Positions 1-10,316 of a stretch of DNA of 64,000 nt are shown piece by piece (position 1 is the first letter of the stretch; each line of letters starts with the position of its first letter). Origin of the DNA: an uncultured delta proteobacterium. Lineage in GTDB: Bacteria > Desulfobacterota > Syntrophia > Syntrophales > UBA2185. The notes below the pieces were generated by a model that did not search any database, had not been told where the DNA came from, and was given only the letters and a program-made list of their open reading frames with translations. The stretch spans positions 192,001-256,000 of the forward strand of contig CAVSPA010000006.1 in assembly GCA_963729715.1 (NCBI GenBank), in the 5' to 3' direction. The position numbers and the translations under genes are program-made.

Positions 1-153
1 CCTTCCGACAGAAATGCGCCCCGGATACTGAAAGTCGTCTCCTGATACCTTCACGGGCAGATAGTTGTGACTGAAGGCCGAGGGTCTATCATCCGTGCGC
101 GGTCTATCCGCCGAGGAGGACCTTCCGTGCCTCGGCATCCGATGTGCCGGGAA

Positions 154-348
154 TTATTCTTTTGTCTTGACCTTGATAAGGATGCTTCTGCAGCATTCAG
201 CGTTCTTGATCTCGAAACGGTCAGGTCTTTCCACAATCTGATACTGGCCGTTCGATTCAACCTCCAGGCTGTCCTTCGTCAAGCCGCCGTCCTTGGGGAT
301 GAACATCGTTCGACCGATGGGAACCACACCTTCCTTTAATACTGCCAT
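154..348 (-). CDS. Small hypothetical protein (64 aa)
   Basis: ORF with AGGAG RBS just upstream of ATG; family not recognised. Confidence 0.6.
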   Translation of the reverse strand: MAVLKEGVVPIGRTMFIPKDGGLTKDSLEVESNGQYQIVERPDRFEIKNAECCRSILIKVKTKE

Positions 349-420
349 AATAAACTCCTAAATAAAAATTCTAAATTAAAGTTCAAATGCTGATTCAAAC
401 AAACGTGGGTTATACATCAA

Positions 421-909
421 CTATTTCAACCGTTCTTTGGATAGCACGACGTCATCGATCCAGACGGTTCCTTTTCCATTGATGACAAGGTTCAAGGTGA
501 CTCTCTCAGGCTTCTGGCCCTTCTGAACCATGAACGGAGTCTGGATCGTTTTCCAGTTTGTCTTCTGGCTCACGGCATCATTCATCCCTCTGGAGAAAAA
601 CTGCCCGCCTGCAACATTTACCCACATCTCCAAAAATGCGGCGCCATCAAGATCAGTCTTCACCTTGGCCTTGTATACGAGCGTCGCACCCTCCACGCCA
701 AGACCGGTAACCTGCCCCATGCAGATTGTCGTCGGCCATTGGGTTGTGATCTTGATCGAAGCCCTGCCTTCAACCTTCACTTTGTTATCCGTCTGGATGG
801 TCGTTCCGAGGGCAGACGCGTCGTCGAGACTCAACTTCTTTAAGTCTTGGGATCAAGCCGGGCCGGCTACTAATGCCAGCATAATTAAGACCAACAGAGT
901 TCGTCTCAT
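421..909 (-). pseudogene. Secreted beta-sandwich (carbohydrate-binding-like) protein interrupted by an in-frame TGA in its signal peptide
   Basis: AAGGAG RBS then ATG at 909: MRRTLLVLIMLALVAGPA*SQDLKK, in frame with ORF 421..834; TGA at 853-855. Confidence 0.7.
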
Positions 910-1168
910 CTTATCTCCTTCCGCATAACGATTAATATACCAACTTGGCTTTGATAAACAATTTATCAGATATTCAACTTATTTCAATAATAATTGAAAA
1001 GCAAATATTAATGGAAATCAACATGGTATGGACGTTCTACTGCTTGTATATTGTGTCAACAGGAATAGAAAAACAAGCTGGTAATACGTGTATATACTGT
1101 CAATTGCTCATTCCTGAAAATAATGTTTGTTTCCCTTAAACGCACTTTATTAAATAACGAATTAATGT

Positions 1169-1198
1169 TTGACATCGGGGTCTTTCTTTACCTATAAT
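1169..1198 (+). promoter_or_regulatory. sigma70 promoter for the gpsA-like gene
   Basis: TTGACA-N18-TATAAT. Confidence 0.7.
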
Positions 1199-1316
1199 CA
1201 CAATTCCGGATCGGATGGCATCATACAGCGCCCCTCAATTCCTCACGGAGAGGGTTAGAGGTCAGGGCTGCTCAATCGCTAAGTAAAATGAAGATAAGGC
1301 TCAAAGATCATCCATC

Positions 1317-2522
1317 ATGAGGATAAAAAATTTAGATACGGGCAGGATAGGAATTATCGGGCCGGGGAGGCTCGGCACGTCCCTCGCGTATAAGTTCGGC
1401 AGGGATAATAAAAGGGTAACCCTCTATTATCATGATACCGACGTATGCCGTGCGATCAATACGGATCACCTCAATCCCAAACACCTTACCAAGGAACTTG
1501 CGCGCAGACTCGGTGGTATGGACAATGTACCCAGGTTATCTCCTACGGTCTATGCAACGAATGACCTGGAGCGCGTCGTTGACGATAACGATTTCATTTT
1601 TCTTACGATCACCATGAACAGGCTTCCGGAGTTTCTGGATTACCTGAAGCCGATGCTTGAAAAGAAAGCTGGAGACACGTGCCTTGTCACTCCGATCAAG
1701 GGTCTTATTTCCGATGAGATCACGAAGGAACTGATCACGCCATCGCAACTGATAAACAATAATCTGTTAAATTTGAAGGAAAAGTATGAAGTGGTATGTA
1801 TCGGCGGCCCCTTCTTTGATATGGATATCATGCTGGGGCACCCCGTATGCGTCACCGTGGCAGGGGAAAAAAATATAGCAAAGATAATAAGAGATGAGAT
1901 CATAAGGTTCAACCGCAGGGAATTCACGTCATTCTATAATTTTGATATTGTCGGGGTCGAGGCGTGCGGTGCTCTCAAAAACATTGTGGCAAACATCATG
2001 GGAGTCCTGCATTCTCTGGATCTTGGCGATTCAATCCCGGGCACCATATTTGCCAGGTCCGGCGTGGAGATACGCTCGCTCGCGAAATTGCTGGGAGGCG
2101 GTTTTCAGGCGTTTCACAGCCAGGCAGGAGTGGGAGATATGTATATAACCCTGTCATCCGTCGCCAGCAAGAATTACCGGTATGGAAAATTTTATTACGA
2201 ATTATATACGGGAAATCCCATTGAAACAAATATCAAGGTGCTTGAGAAGATCGATGGCACACCGGAAGGGCCGAATACCATAAGAAACGTAAATAAATAT
2301 CTGGAAAAGAAAAATATGTACAGCCCGCTTTTTCATTGCGCCTATAAGATATTTAATGAAGTGGGGCATAAGAAGGATATCAAAGAGCAGATCATCCAGG
2401 CGTGCCAATACGACAGAAGAACGAGAGAGTATATCGGGCCCGTATCGAGGGTGCTATATAAACTCTTTCCCAACTTGTGGTACCGAAGGCATAAAGGGCT
2501 GCTGTCGAACCTCGAAGTATAA
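1317..2522 (+). CDS. gpsA: NAD(P)H-dependent glycerol-3-phosphate dehydrogenase family protein
   Basis: GxGxxG Rossmann motif, GVEACGALKN, AGVGD, S-KNYRYG and EG motifs; C-terminal extension. Confidence 0.8.
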   Translation: MRIKNLDTGRIGIIGPGRLGTSLAYKFGRDNKRVTLYYHDTDVCRAINTDHLNPKHLTKELARRLGGMDNVPRLSPTVYATNDLERVVDDNDFIFLTITMNRLPEFLDYLKPMLEKKAGDTCLVTPIKGLISDEITKELITPSQLINNNLLNLKEKYEVVCIGGPFFDMDIMLGHPVCVTVAGEKNIAKIIRDEIIRFNRREFTSFYNFDIVGVEACGALKNIVANIMGVLHSLDLGDSIPGTIFARSGVEIRSLAKLLGGGFQAFHSQAGVGDMYITLSSVASKNYRYGKFYYELYTGNPIETNIKVLEKIDGTPEGPNTIRNVNKYLEKKNMYSPLFHCAYKIFNEVGHKKDIKEQIIQACQYDRRTREYIGPVSRVLYKLFPNLWYRRHKGLLSNLEV

Positions 2523-2608
2523 CTGGGAGTGTCTCTGGCATTGGTACGAGACAGGGATAATAGCAGGGCTTGGCAAAGCTCTCAATAAATACCAAAGGAG
2601 AACATGAT

Positions 2609-3970
2609 ATGGAACAGGTCAAGGTAGTATTGAACGACAACGAGATACCGAAGCAATGGTACAACATCCAGGCAGACTTGCCGACTCCCATGAAGCCTCC
2701 GCTTCATCCGGGGACGGGGAAACCTGTCGGGCCTGATGATCTATCCCCTGTCTTCCCCATGAATCTCATAGAACAGGAAGTCAGCCAGCAGCGCTGGATT
2801 GACATTCCCGAACCTGTTCTGGAGAAATATCTCTTATGGCGACCGACGCCACTTTACCGGGCCTTTAATTTTGAGAAACTCCTCGGCGCTCCTGTGAAGA
2901 TATACTACAAGAATGAAGGCGTCAGCCCTGCCGGTTCGCATAAGCCGAATACAGCCATTGCCCAAGCCTACTACAATAAGATTTTTGGAATTAAGCGGCT
3001 CGCCACCGAAACCGGGGCAGGGCAGTGGGGAAGCGCGCTGGCCATGTCATGCAAGATGTTCGATCTTGAATGCAGGGTATATATGGTGAGGGTCAGCTAC
3101 GAGCAGAAGCCTTACCGTCGCATGATGATGAATACGTGGGGAGCAGAATGCATCCCCAGTCCGAGCACCATGACAAACGCAGGAAAGCAAGTGTTGGCGG
3201 AACACCCGGATTCGCCGGGCAGCCTTGGTATTGCCATCAGTGAAGCTGTTGAAGATGCCGTCACCCATAAAGACTCGCGCTATTCCCTCGGGAGTGTTCT
3301 GAATCACGTCCTCTTACACCAGACCATCATAGGCCTGGAGGCGCAGAAGCAGATGAAAAAGATAGGCGTATATCCTGATGTCGTGATAGGCTGTGCAGGC
3401 GGAGGAAGCAATTTTGCCGGTATAGCCCTTCCATACACGAGAGATAAGATTCATGGCAAGAAAGTCCAGATCATCGCCGCGGAACCGACATCATGCCCGA
3501 CCATGACCAAAGGACCATTTGCCTATGACTTCGGTGACCTTGCCAAAATGACGCCCCTCCTTCCCATGCATACCTTGGGACACGACTTTGTGCCTGCGCC
3601 CATACACGCAGGAGGATTGCGCTATCACGGCATGGCCCCCATCGTCAGCCACCTCGTCAATGAAAAATTGGTTGAGGCGAGGGCATATAACCAAATGGAG
3701 ACCTTTGATGCGGGCGTGAAGTGGGCCCGGACCGAAGGTTTTATACCGGCGCCGGAAACGAATCACGCCATTGCCGCCGTGGTGGATGTGGCCATGAAAG
3801 CGAAACAGGAAGGCAAGGAGAAAATCATCCTATTCGATTGGAGCGGCCACGGCCTAGTTGACCTTGCCGCTTATGACGCCTATTTCGCGGGAAAGCTTGA
3901 GGCCTATGAGCTGCCGGATGATGAGATACGGAGAGCATTGAAGGCCATTGAGGGACTGCCGAAGCCATAA
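2609..3970 (+). CDS. trpB2: TrpB-like PLP enzyme (tryptophan synthase beta chain 2)
   Basis: [20 protein letters not shown] and HAGGLRYHG motifs; AAGGAG RBS before ATG 2609. Confidence 0.92.
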   Translation: MEQVKVVLNDNEIPKQWYNIQADLPTPMKPPLHPGTGKPVGPDDLSPVFPMNLIEQEVSQQRWIDIPEPVLEKYLLWRPTPLYRAFNFEKLLGAPVKIYYKNEGVSPAGSHKPNTAIAQAYYNKIFGIKRLATETGAGQWGSALAMSCKMFDLECRVYMVRVSYEQKPYRRMMMNTWGAECIPSPSTMTNAGKQVLAEHPDSPGSLGIAISEAVEDAVTHKDSRYSLGSVLNHVLLHQTIIGLEAQKQMKKIGVYPDVVIGCAGGGSNFAGIALPYTRDKIHGKKVQIIAAEPTSCPTMTKGPFAYDFGDLAKMTPLLPMHTLGHDFVPAPIHAGGLRYHGMAPIVSHLVNEKLVEARAYNQMETFDAGVKWARTEGFIPAPETNHAIAAVVDVAMKAKQEGKEKIILFDWSGHGLVDLAAYDAYFAGKLEAYELPDDEIRRALKAIEGLPKP

Positions 3971-3995
3971 ATAAATATAGCCTTCCATAAACGCT

Positions 3996-4045
3996 TAAGC
4001 CGTCAGGGGAAAAACAAGATTCCCCTTGACGGCTTATTTGTTTTT
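3996..4045 (+). terminator. Intrinsic terminator after trpB2
   Basis: TAAGCCGTCAGGGGAA...TTCCCCTTGACGGCTTA stem followed by a T-rich tract. Confidence 0.8.
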
Positions 4046-4087
4046 AGACATGGTATGGGCATTCCTCAATTCTGTAGCGAGCGCAGT

Positions 4088-4183
4088 CCCCGCAGCCTGC
4101 TGCGGGGTAAGCGAGCGACTGACGAACGAAAACTGTTCCTTAAGAATCGAAGATTCTCCGCAGCTTGCTACGGAGAGCTTCAA
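4088..4183 (+). mobile_element. Non-autonomous IS200/IS605-like miniature element (two related hairpins, ends in TTCAA)
   Basis: CCCCGCAGC-CT-GCTGCGGGG (4088-4107) and TCTCCGCAGC-TT-GCTACGGAGA-GC-TTCAA (4155-4183); related copy at 40652-40682. Confidence 0.55.
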
Positions 4184-4213
4184 GTGGCATTATTAATACA
4201 GCGAGCTGATATC

Positions 4214-4483
4214 GTGGATAAGTATGACCAATTAGAACTCAGGTGTGCACGGCTTGGGGGTGAGGTCAAGTTCTCATACTGCCGGAAGGAGGGCGGGAAC
4301 CTGCCGTGCCTTCGTGTCATCAATTGCTGGTATCCCTTTTTCCCCATAGAACAGTATCTGAGAGAGACCATGACTGAAGAGTCATGGAACGCTTTTGTCG
4401 GTCAGATGCCTAAAGACAAAATCACTACGCTTATCGAACTCGTTGAGGCGGCGAAAAAAAGTGCTCAAATCAAAGATGAATGA
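4214..4483 (+). CDS. Small Cys-containing hypothetical protein
   Basis: 3' part of ORF 4055..4483 (RCARLGGEV.FSYCR...PC....CW); GTG at 4214 chosen because the upstream part of the ORF is the repeat element; stop overlaps the rarA start (ATGA). Confidence 0.6.
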   Translation: MDKYDQLELRCARLGGEVKFSYCRKEGGNLPCLRVINCWYPFFPIEQYLRETMTEESWNAFVGQMPKDKITTLIELVEAAKKSAQIKDE

Positions 4484-5844
4484 CTATTATGGATCTCTTT
4501 GATCAGAAAGATACCGACATCGATCTTAGTCCTCTGGCAGACAAAGTGCGCCCCCGGGCTCTTGACGAATTCATCGGGCAGTCACACCTCCTGGGCCCAG
4601 GCAGCCTGCTTCGGCGCGCCATTGAAGAAGACAGGCTTTTCTCGATGATCTTCTGGGGACCGCCCGGCTCCGGAAAGACCACCCTGGCCCGCGTCATTGC
4701 CCATGAAACAAAATCCCATTTTGTGAGCTTCTCTGCGGTTCTTTCGGGCGTTAAAGAGATCAGGTCTGTTGTTGATGAGGCGCAATCTCAATGGCGCTAC
4801 CACCGTAAGAAGACGATCCTCTTTGTAGATGAAATCCACAGATTCAACAAGGCACAGCAGGACGCCTTCTTGCCCCATGTCGAAAAAGGCCTTATTACAC
4901 TCATTGGTGCGACTACGGAGAATCCCTCTTTTGAAGTAATCTCGCCGCTGCTATCCAGGACGCGGGTCATGCTGCTCAAGCCTTATTCGAACAGCGAACT
5001 GGCGGTTATTATCAACCGGGCCGTGCATGACAAAGAAAAAGGCTTCGGAGACCTTGCTCTTGAGATAGAGCCGGATGCCATTGAGCATATCATATGGTCA
5101 GCCGACGGAGACGCGCGCATGGCCTTAAACAACCTCGAGGCAGCAGCGTCTCTCCTGCGGAATGAGCAGATAGGCGCAAGAAAAATTACGCGCGCCGTAG
5201 TGGAGGAAGCCCTCCAGAAGAAGGCGTTGCAGTATGACAAGGGAGGGGAGGAACACTACAATCTCATCTCGGCGTTTCACAAGAGCCTTCGCGGCAGTGA
5301 CCCTGACGCCGCCCTCTACTGGTTGGGCCGCATGCTTGCCGCCGGCGAAGACCCTCTCTACATAGCCAGGCGCATGGTGAGATTCGCTTCCGAGGACGTT
5401 GGCAACGCCGATCCTGCAGCCTTGGGGATATCGGTTTCGGCCATGCAGGCGTTTCATTTTATCGGTCTCCCTGAAGGGGAACTCGCCCTGGCCCAGGCCG
5501 CCGTTTACCTTGCTACTGCTCCCAAGAGCAATTCACTTTATGTGGCTTACGGCAAGGTCAAAGAAAGGATAAGTGAAACCGGCACCCTCGCCGTGCCGCT
5601 TCATATAAGGAATGCTCCGACACGGTTGATGAAAGATCTTGGCTATGGCAAGGGGTATCAGTATGCCCATGAATTTGAGGATGCCTATGTTCCCCAAGAC
5701 TATCTGCCGGACGAACTCATGGGAGAGGTATATTACAGGCCTACGGCAAGGGGACATGAGAAGGTCATCAAAGATAGAATCGAGAAGTGGCGAAAGCTGC
5801 GAGAATCGACGCATGAACGAGGCAAAAAAAAGGGGGAGACGTGA
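4480..5844 (+). CDS. rarA: Replication-associated recombination protein A (MgsA AAA+ ATPase)
   Basis: WGPPGSGKTT, DEIHRFNKAQQD, GATTENPSF, KSLRGSDPDAA, SEDVGNAD motifs. Confidence 0.95.
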   Translation: MTIMDLFDQKDTDIDLSPLADKVRPRALDEFIGQSHLLGPGSLLRRAIEEDRLFSMIFWGPPGSGKTTLARVIAHETKSHFVSFSAVLSGVKEIRSVVDEAQSQWRYHRKKTILFVDEIHRFNKAQQDAFLPHVEKGLITLIGATTENPSFEVISPLLSRTRVMLLKPYSNSELAVIINRAVHDKEKGFGDLALEIEPDAIEHIIWSADGDARMALNNLEAAASLLRNEQIGARKITRAVVEEALQKKALQYDKGGEEHYNLISAFHKSLRGSDPDAALYWLGRMLAAGEDPLYIARRMVRFASEDVGNADPAALGISVSAMQAFHFIGLPEGELALAQAAVYLATAPKSNSLYVAYGKVKERISETGTLAVPLHIRNAPTRLMKDLGYGKGYQYAHEFEDAYVPQDYLPDELMGEVYYRPTARGHEKVIKDRIEKWRKLRESTHERGKKKGET

Positions 5845-5853
5845 TGTCTCCCC
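5824..5853 (-). terminator. Intrinsic terminator on the minus strand
   Basis: GGGGAGAC-ATCAC-GTCTCCCC then C and 8 T on the minus strand. Confidence 0.8.
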
Positions 5854-5950
5854 AAGGTCAGGAGGAGTGAAGGTGTTCACCTTCTTAGTTTTGGAGTTTA
5901 CTACCGGCCAATCATGCCCGTTTATTAACCGATAATTAACTTGTTGTTAT
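5824..5950 (-). ncRNA. Candidate sigma54-dependent small RNA with an anti-SD (ACUCCUCC) motif
   Basis: Bounded by a -24/-12 promoter (5961-5976) and an intrinsic terminator (5824-5853); no meaningful ORF between them; 5' end inferred. Confidence 0.6.
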
Positions 5951-5960
5951 GCTTTCAGAA

Positions 5961-5976
5961 TGCATATGTCATGCCA
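5961..5976 (-). promoter_or_regulatory. sigma54 (-24/-12) promoter
   Basis: Minus strand TGGCATGACATATGCA = GG-N10-GC; adjacent to a sigma54 activator gene. Confidence 0.7.
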
Positions 5977-6157
5977 TGATCTTGTAAGTTTATATAAGTT
6001 GTTTATATCACAGCACTAATGAGAGTATATCTGAGGCAAATGGCATGTATGCCGTGGGAAAGGAAGGGCAATAAATGTCGATGCGGAATAACGGTAAATA
6101 TTTATAGTGCTTGAAAAAACAAGTAGTTAAGGGATAAACGTCAATTGTTTTTGGGAT

Positions 6158-6171
6158 CGACATAATTGTCG
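6158..6171. promoter_or_regulatory. Candidate enhancer-binding-protein site
   Basis: Inverted repeat CGACA-N4-TGTCG; a second TGTCG half-site at 6076-6080. Confidence 0.45.
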
Positions 6172-6337
6172 GATTTTATTTTTCCAGAAAAAAGAAGTCA
6201 TTGACTTTTAATTCTGATGAAATATGATGGCATGCACTCCAAAAGACAGCAGAAATGCCGCATCCCTTCGGTGAATACGAATTGGGTATTTCGAGATAAA
6301 GAAGAATATAAATAATAACTTGCATAGGCATTCGCAG

Positions 6338-8128
6338 ATGAAGACGCAGAATAAAGTTATATGGCAGCAGCACCGCACTCCCGACTATGGCCGACGTTTT
6401 TTGCAGCCCATCGCTGTTACGATTGTCTGCAGCGTTTTCATCTGTCTTATCTTGATCATGGGGATCATGGACATCCGGCGAAGTGACAGGAGCCTCATGG
6501 GCTTCATGGAGAGCCAGGGCCTGGCCATAATCGGTGTCGTCGAGAGGCTCGCCCAGGAAAACCTCAATGCGCTGATTCAGGCGTATCAGAGGGATAGCGG
6601 CGGTACCTTTGCTCCCCCTGTTGATGAGGCCTTATTACCGCAGAAGTCACTGACCGCTGCGCTTGTGGATATGGGACGCGAAATTGATAATCAATGGAAG
6701 GCAAATCACCTGAGCGATGAATATCTGAGGAAATTTGCAGAAGAGAAGGGGCTGTGGTTTGTTGCCGTCTTGGATAGAAGGGGAAAGGTCGTCTACCAGA
6801 ACAGGGCTCTCCATGCGGATCTTACTGATGGGGATGCGAACAGGGTTTTGGGAAGAGATGCCATCACTATTGATCTTTTCTCACGACTCGGCAAGGACAA
6901 GAAGATCGGGTTTGTGGCACTACGGCGCACAGATGGCAGTGGGACAGTCATCATCGCTCTGGATCGCGACGGGCAGCGATATTGGGGCATTAAGGTATCG
7001 GTGGAAAAGGCCCTGGAAAGATTGGGACAGGGACAGGGTTTGGTCTATATTAAGGTCATGGATCAGCGAGACATGATCCTGGGCAGTTCTGGGCAAGCAC
7101 CTGATACAGAGGAACAAGGCAAGATGCGTATCGATGAAATCCTTGCCGGCACAAAAAAATTTGAAAGCAAAAAGATTGTCTCCCACGGCAAAAAAATCCT
7201 GGAGATGGCTGCACCCATATACCTGTTTGGCAGGGTGGCAGGGGTTGCTAGGCTTGGTCTTGATAGCGAGGGAACGGATGAAATTCTTGCTGAGAACAAG
7301 CGTAATATGATCTTCTTTATGTCATCGGTTATTCTAATTACGCTTTTGGCAATGTGGATACTCTATCACAATCAGAATAGGCATCTGGCGGGGATCGTCG
7401 AGATGGAAAGGCAGCTCGAAAAAGCCGAGAGACTGTCTGCCCTTGGGCAGCTCGCCGCAGGCGTCGCGCACGAGATTCGCAATCCACTTAATGCCATAAG
7501 TATGGCCAGTCAGAGACTTAAGCGGGAGTTTATGCCGGCAGATGACGACAAGATCAAGGAGTTCCAGACACTAGCCAGTGTTATTCGCGACGAAATCAGA
7601 CGTCTGGATGGGATTATCGAGGAGTTTCTGACATTCTCAAAGAGCCGGCGTTTGGAGCTGCACGACTACCCCGTTGCCGAGGTTCTTCAGAAGATTGTCA
7701 ATCTCATCCAGGAAGAGGCGAAATTGAAAGGTATCACTCTGGAAACCTTGTACAAAGGCAACCATGCAATCATCCCTATGGATGTGGATAAACTTCAGCA
7801 GGCCATTTTTAATTTCGTGAAGAATGCCATGGAATCTATTTCCGGCGAAGGTACTGTCCGTATTCTTGTTGATTCGAGCGGAAAGGACCGGGTCATAGTA
7901 AAAATTTCCGATAATGGGTGCGGTGTGGAACCTGAAGATATAGAGCGCATTTTCAATCCTGAATATACGACGAAGGAAAAGGGTCTGGGGCTCGGGCTTC
8001 CCCTTGCACATGAGATCATCCGCGGCCATGGGGGGGAGATTCGTGTTCTGAGTCAGCCGGGTTTAGGGACGACCTTCGAGATATCATTGCCTGCGGGAAG
8101 GGTGGGGGAAAAGAATGGCACGGTCTAA
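6338..8128 (+). CDS. Membrane sensor histidine kinase (ZraS/NtrB-like)
   Basis: Two TM segments flanking a periplasmic region; H-box AHEIRNPL, N-box, DNGCG, GLGLGL. Confidence 0.9.
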   Translation: MKTQNKVIWQQHRTPDYGRRFLQPIAVTIVCSVFICLILIMGIMDIRRSDRSLMGFMESQGLAIIGVVERLAQENLNALIQAYQRDSGGTFAPPVDEALLPQKSLTAALVDMGREIDNQWKANHLSDEYLRKFAEEKGLWFVAVLDRRGKVVYQNRALHADLTDGDANRVLGRDAITIDLFSRLGKDKKIGFVALRRTDGSGTVIIALDRDGQRYWGIKVSVEKALERLGQGQGLVYIKVMDQRDMILGSSGQAPDTEEQGKMRIDEILAGTKKFESKKIVSHGKKILEMAAPIYLFGRVAGVARLGLDSEGTDEILAENKRNMIFFMSSVILITLLAMWILYHNQNRHLAGIVEMERQLEKAERLSALGQLAAGVAHEIRNPLNAISMASQRLKREFMPADDDKIKEFQTLASVIRDEIRRLDGIIEEFLTFSKSRRLELHDYPVAEVLQKIVNLIQEEAKLKGITLETLYKGNHAIIPMDVDKLQQAIFNFVKNAMESISGEGTVRILVDSSGKDRVIVKISDNGCGVEPEDIERIFNPEYTTKEKGLGLGLPLAHEIIRGHGGEIRVLSQPGLGTTFEISLPAGRVGEKNGTV

Positions 8129-8140
8129 AGGAATTCAGGC

Positions 8141-9505
8141 ATGAAGAAGTTAAACATACTCGTGGTTGAGGATGGCCAGTCCCAGCGAGAGATGCTCCGA
8201 GATTTTCTCGTTAGAGAAGGGCATGCGGTAGCGGAGGCTGAGAATGGAGACACCGCCATCCAGTCTGTTTTAAAGGGTCATTTTGACATGATCCTCCTGG
8301 ATTACAAGATGCCGGGTATGGATGGCATGCAGGTTCTCAAAGAGGTGAAGAAAATCAATCCGGAAATCGATGTGATTATCATTACTGCTTACGGAACGAT
8401 AGAAACGGCAGTGGACGCCATGAAGGCCGGCGCCATAGACTATATTACAAAACCTGTTGAATTCGATGAACTCCTTATCCATGTGGATCGAGTATCAGAG
8501 CGGCGCACCCTGATCCGGGAAAATGAGGTTCTCCGTCAGGAACTCTCTGAGAAGGGCGTCACCATGGACAAGATCATTTATCAGAGCCATAAAATGGATG
8601 TCCTGATCAATATGGCCAGCAGGATCGCAGTGAGCCGCGCCACTGTTCTTATCAAGGGAGAAAGCGGAACGGGCAAGGAATTGCTTGCCAGGTTGATCCA
8701 CAATCTCAGCCCCCGTTCAGCAAAAGTGATCAGTGTGGTAAACTGCAGCGCACTTCCGGAGAGCCTCTTGGAAAGCGAACTATTCGGTCATGAGAAAGGG
8801 GCCTTCACCGGTGCAACGGCAAGGAGGATTGGCAGATTTGAGGAGGCCGACGGCGGGACCCTGTTCTTGGACGAGATTGGCGATATTACCGCCTCCGTCC
8901 AGGTAAAACTGCTGCGCTTCCTGCAGGAGCGCGAATTCCAGCGTGTGGGCGGCAATCAAACTATCCACTCTGATGTGCGGATTATCAGCGCAACGAATCG
9001 CGATCTGGAATCCAAGGTCAAAGACGGAACATTCAGGGAAGACCTATTCTACAGGTTGAATGTGGTTGTCATGGACATGCCACCGCTAAGAGAGAGAAAG
9101 GAAGACGTGCCCCTGCTCATAGATCACTTCCTGAAACGCTTTGCTGCGGATAACGGTAAAAACGTAACGGGCATAACCAGCGAGGCCAGGGACCTGCTCC
9201 TGAAATATGATTATCCGGGCAATGTCAGGGAACTGGAAAATATCATCGAACGTGCTGTCGTGATATCCCGAAATTCTGTCATCTCCGTAGATGATCTTCC
9301 ATTTGACGAAGACAGGATCCATCCGGAAAACGCAGGGAAAAAAGGAGAGGGTTTGCTGCGGGAATCGATTGAAGAAATGGAACGCAAATTGATTCTCGAG
9401 GCCATGGAGAAGTCAGGTGATCATCAGACAAAGGCCGCTGAAATCCTCGGTATCAGCGAACGCATGCTGCGATACAAACTTAAAAAATACGGCCTGAAGG
9501 AATGA
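8141..9505 (+). CDS. sigma54-dependent response regulator (ZraR/NtrC family)
   Basis: REC domain, [15 protein letters not shown]-terminal Fis-type HTH. Confidence 0.93.
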   Translation: MKKLNILVVEDGQSQREMLRDFLVREGHAVAEAENGDTAIQSVLKGHFDMILLDYKMPGMDGMQVLKEVKKINPEIDVIIITAYGTIETAVDAMKAGAIDYITKPVEFDELLIHVDRVSERRTLIRENEVLRQELSEKGVTMDKIIYQSHKMDVLINMASRIAVSRATVLIKGESGTGKELLARLIHNLSPRSAKVISVVNCSALPESLLESELFGHEKGAFTGATARRIGRFEEADGGTLFLDEIGDITASVQVKLLRFLQEREFQRVGGNQTIHSDVRIISATNRDLESKVKDGTFREDLFYRLNVVVMDMPPLRERKEDVPLLIDHFLKRFAADNGKNVTGITSEARDLLLKYDYPGNVRELENIIERAVVISRNSVISVDDLPFDEDRIHPENAGKKGEGLLRESIEEMERKLILEAMEKSGDHQTKAAEILGISERMLRYKLKKYGLKE

Positions 9506-9564
9506 CGATCTCTTAAAGGCTTCGCATCGTCATTGCGAGGCACGAAGAATCGCGGCACTTATCC

Positions 9565-10233
9565 TCAAAGAGTATATTTGACCAAAGCTTGCCTTAATCC
9601 GCGCTTGATATGGGCGTATGTTCTGCGGTCTTTTTTGGCCAGCTCTATTGCCAGCGCCATTGCCTTATCATAAAGTGTTTCCTCGGGGTACACAGCCGAG
9701 ACGATCTTCATGGCCAGCGCCTCCTTGCCCCCTACGCGCTTCCCCGTGAGCACGAGTTCATTCAGAGCGTAATGGTCTGGCAGCAACCGAAGGATTTCAT
9801 ACATGATCGGGCTGAAGAGAATCTTGATGTCCACTTCAGGAAAGCAAAAGAAACCCTTGTCTTCCCTCATGAGGCGGAAATCCAGCGTTGTGGCGAGAAT
9901 GGCCCCGCCTGCATAGACATGACCGGTTAGACACCCGATCGTAGGCATGGGAAGCAGGGATAATCTTAGAAATAATTCGTCAAGAATCTCTACGAATTTC
10001 GGAAAATAATCGTGCGGCTGCTTAAGGAGCCAATCCAGATTGATACCATTACACCAGAATTTCGGATCACTGCTCGTCAAAATCAAGGCAGAATTTTCTG
10101 CAGAGGCTTCGAGTTCATCAAATATTTCATGATACTCGCCGACCACATCTTCGCTGAGGGTATTGGCATTGGCGCCGTTGGTCAGGGTCAGGACATAAAC
10201 GGCTCCCTCTTTCGTTAGCTCCATAGTAGGCAT
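9565..10233 (-). CDS. Enoyl-CoA hydratase/isomerase family protein
   Basis: FWCNGINL and GHVYAGG oxyanion motifs; PEVDI. Confidence 0.85.
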   Translation of the reverse strand: MPTMELTKEGAVYVLTLTNGANANTLSEDVVGEYHEIFDELEASAENSALILTSSDPKFWCNGINLDWLLKQPHDYFPKFVEILDELFLRLSLLPMPTIGCLTGHVYAGGAILATTLDFRLMREDKGFFCFPEVDIKILFSPIMYEILRLLPDHYALNELVLTGKRVGGKEALAMKIVSAVYPEETLYDKAMALAIELAKKDRRTYAHIKRGLRQALVKYTL

Positions 10234-10316
10234 ACATCAGCTCCTGTGTGAGTTTTCATGACGGCCATCTCCCCCGTTCATTTTTTAAACCTGCCGCCCC
10301 TTTAATCATTCGGTCT

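Noticed and set aside
1..92. Possible selenoprotein start on the minus strand (MIDPRPSVTTICP-TGA-RYQETT...)
   Set aside because: No RBS, no recognisable family or SECIS, and only 16 codons are visible before the window edge
853..855. TGA-to-Trp genetic code reassignment or selenocysteine
   Set aside because: Many intact genes here end in TGA and use TGG for Trp; a signal peptide is an implausible Sec site
4055..4213. N-terminal part of ORF 4055..4483
   Set aside because: It is the translation of the palindromic repeat element, not a credible protein segment
6041..6245. Plus-strand TGGCA motifs as sigma54 promoters for the kinase
   Set aside because: They lack GC at the GG-N10-GC spacing
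9528..9560. GTCATTGCGAG REP-like motif
   Set aside because: Single degenerate copy with no convincing partner arm
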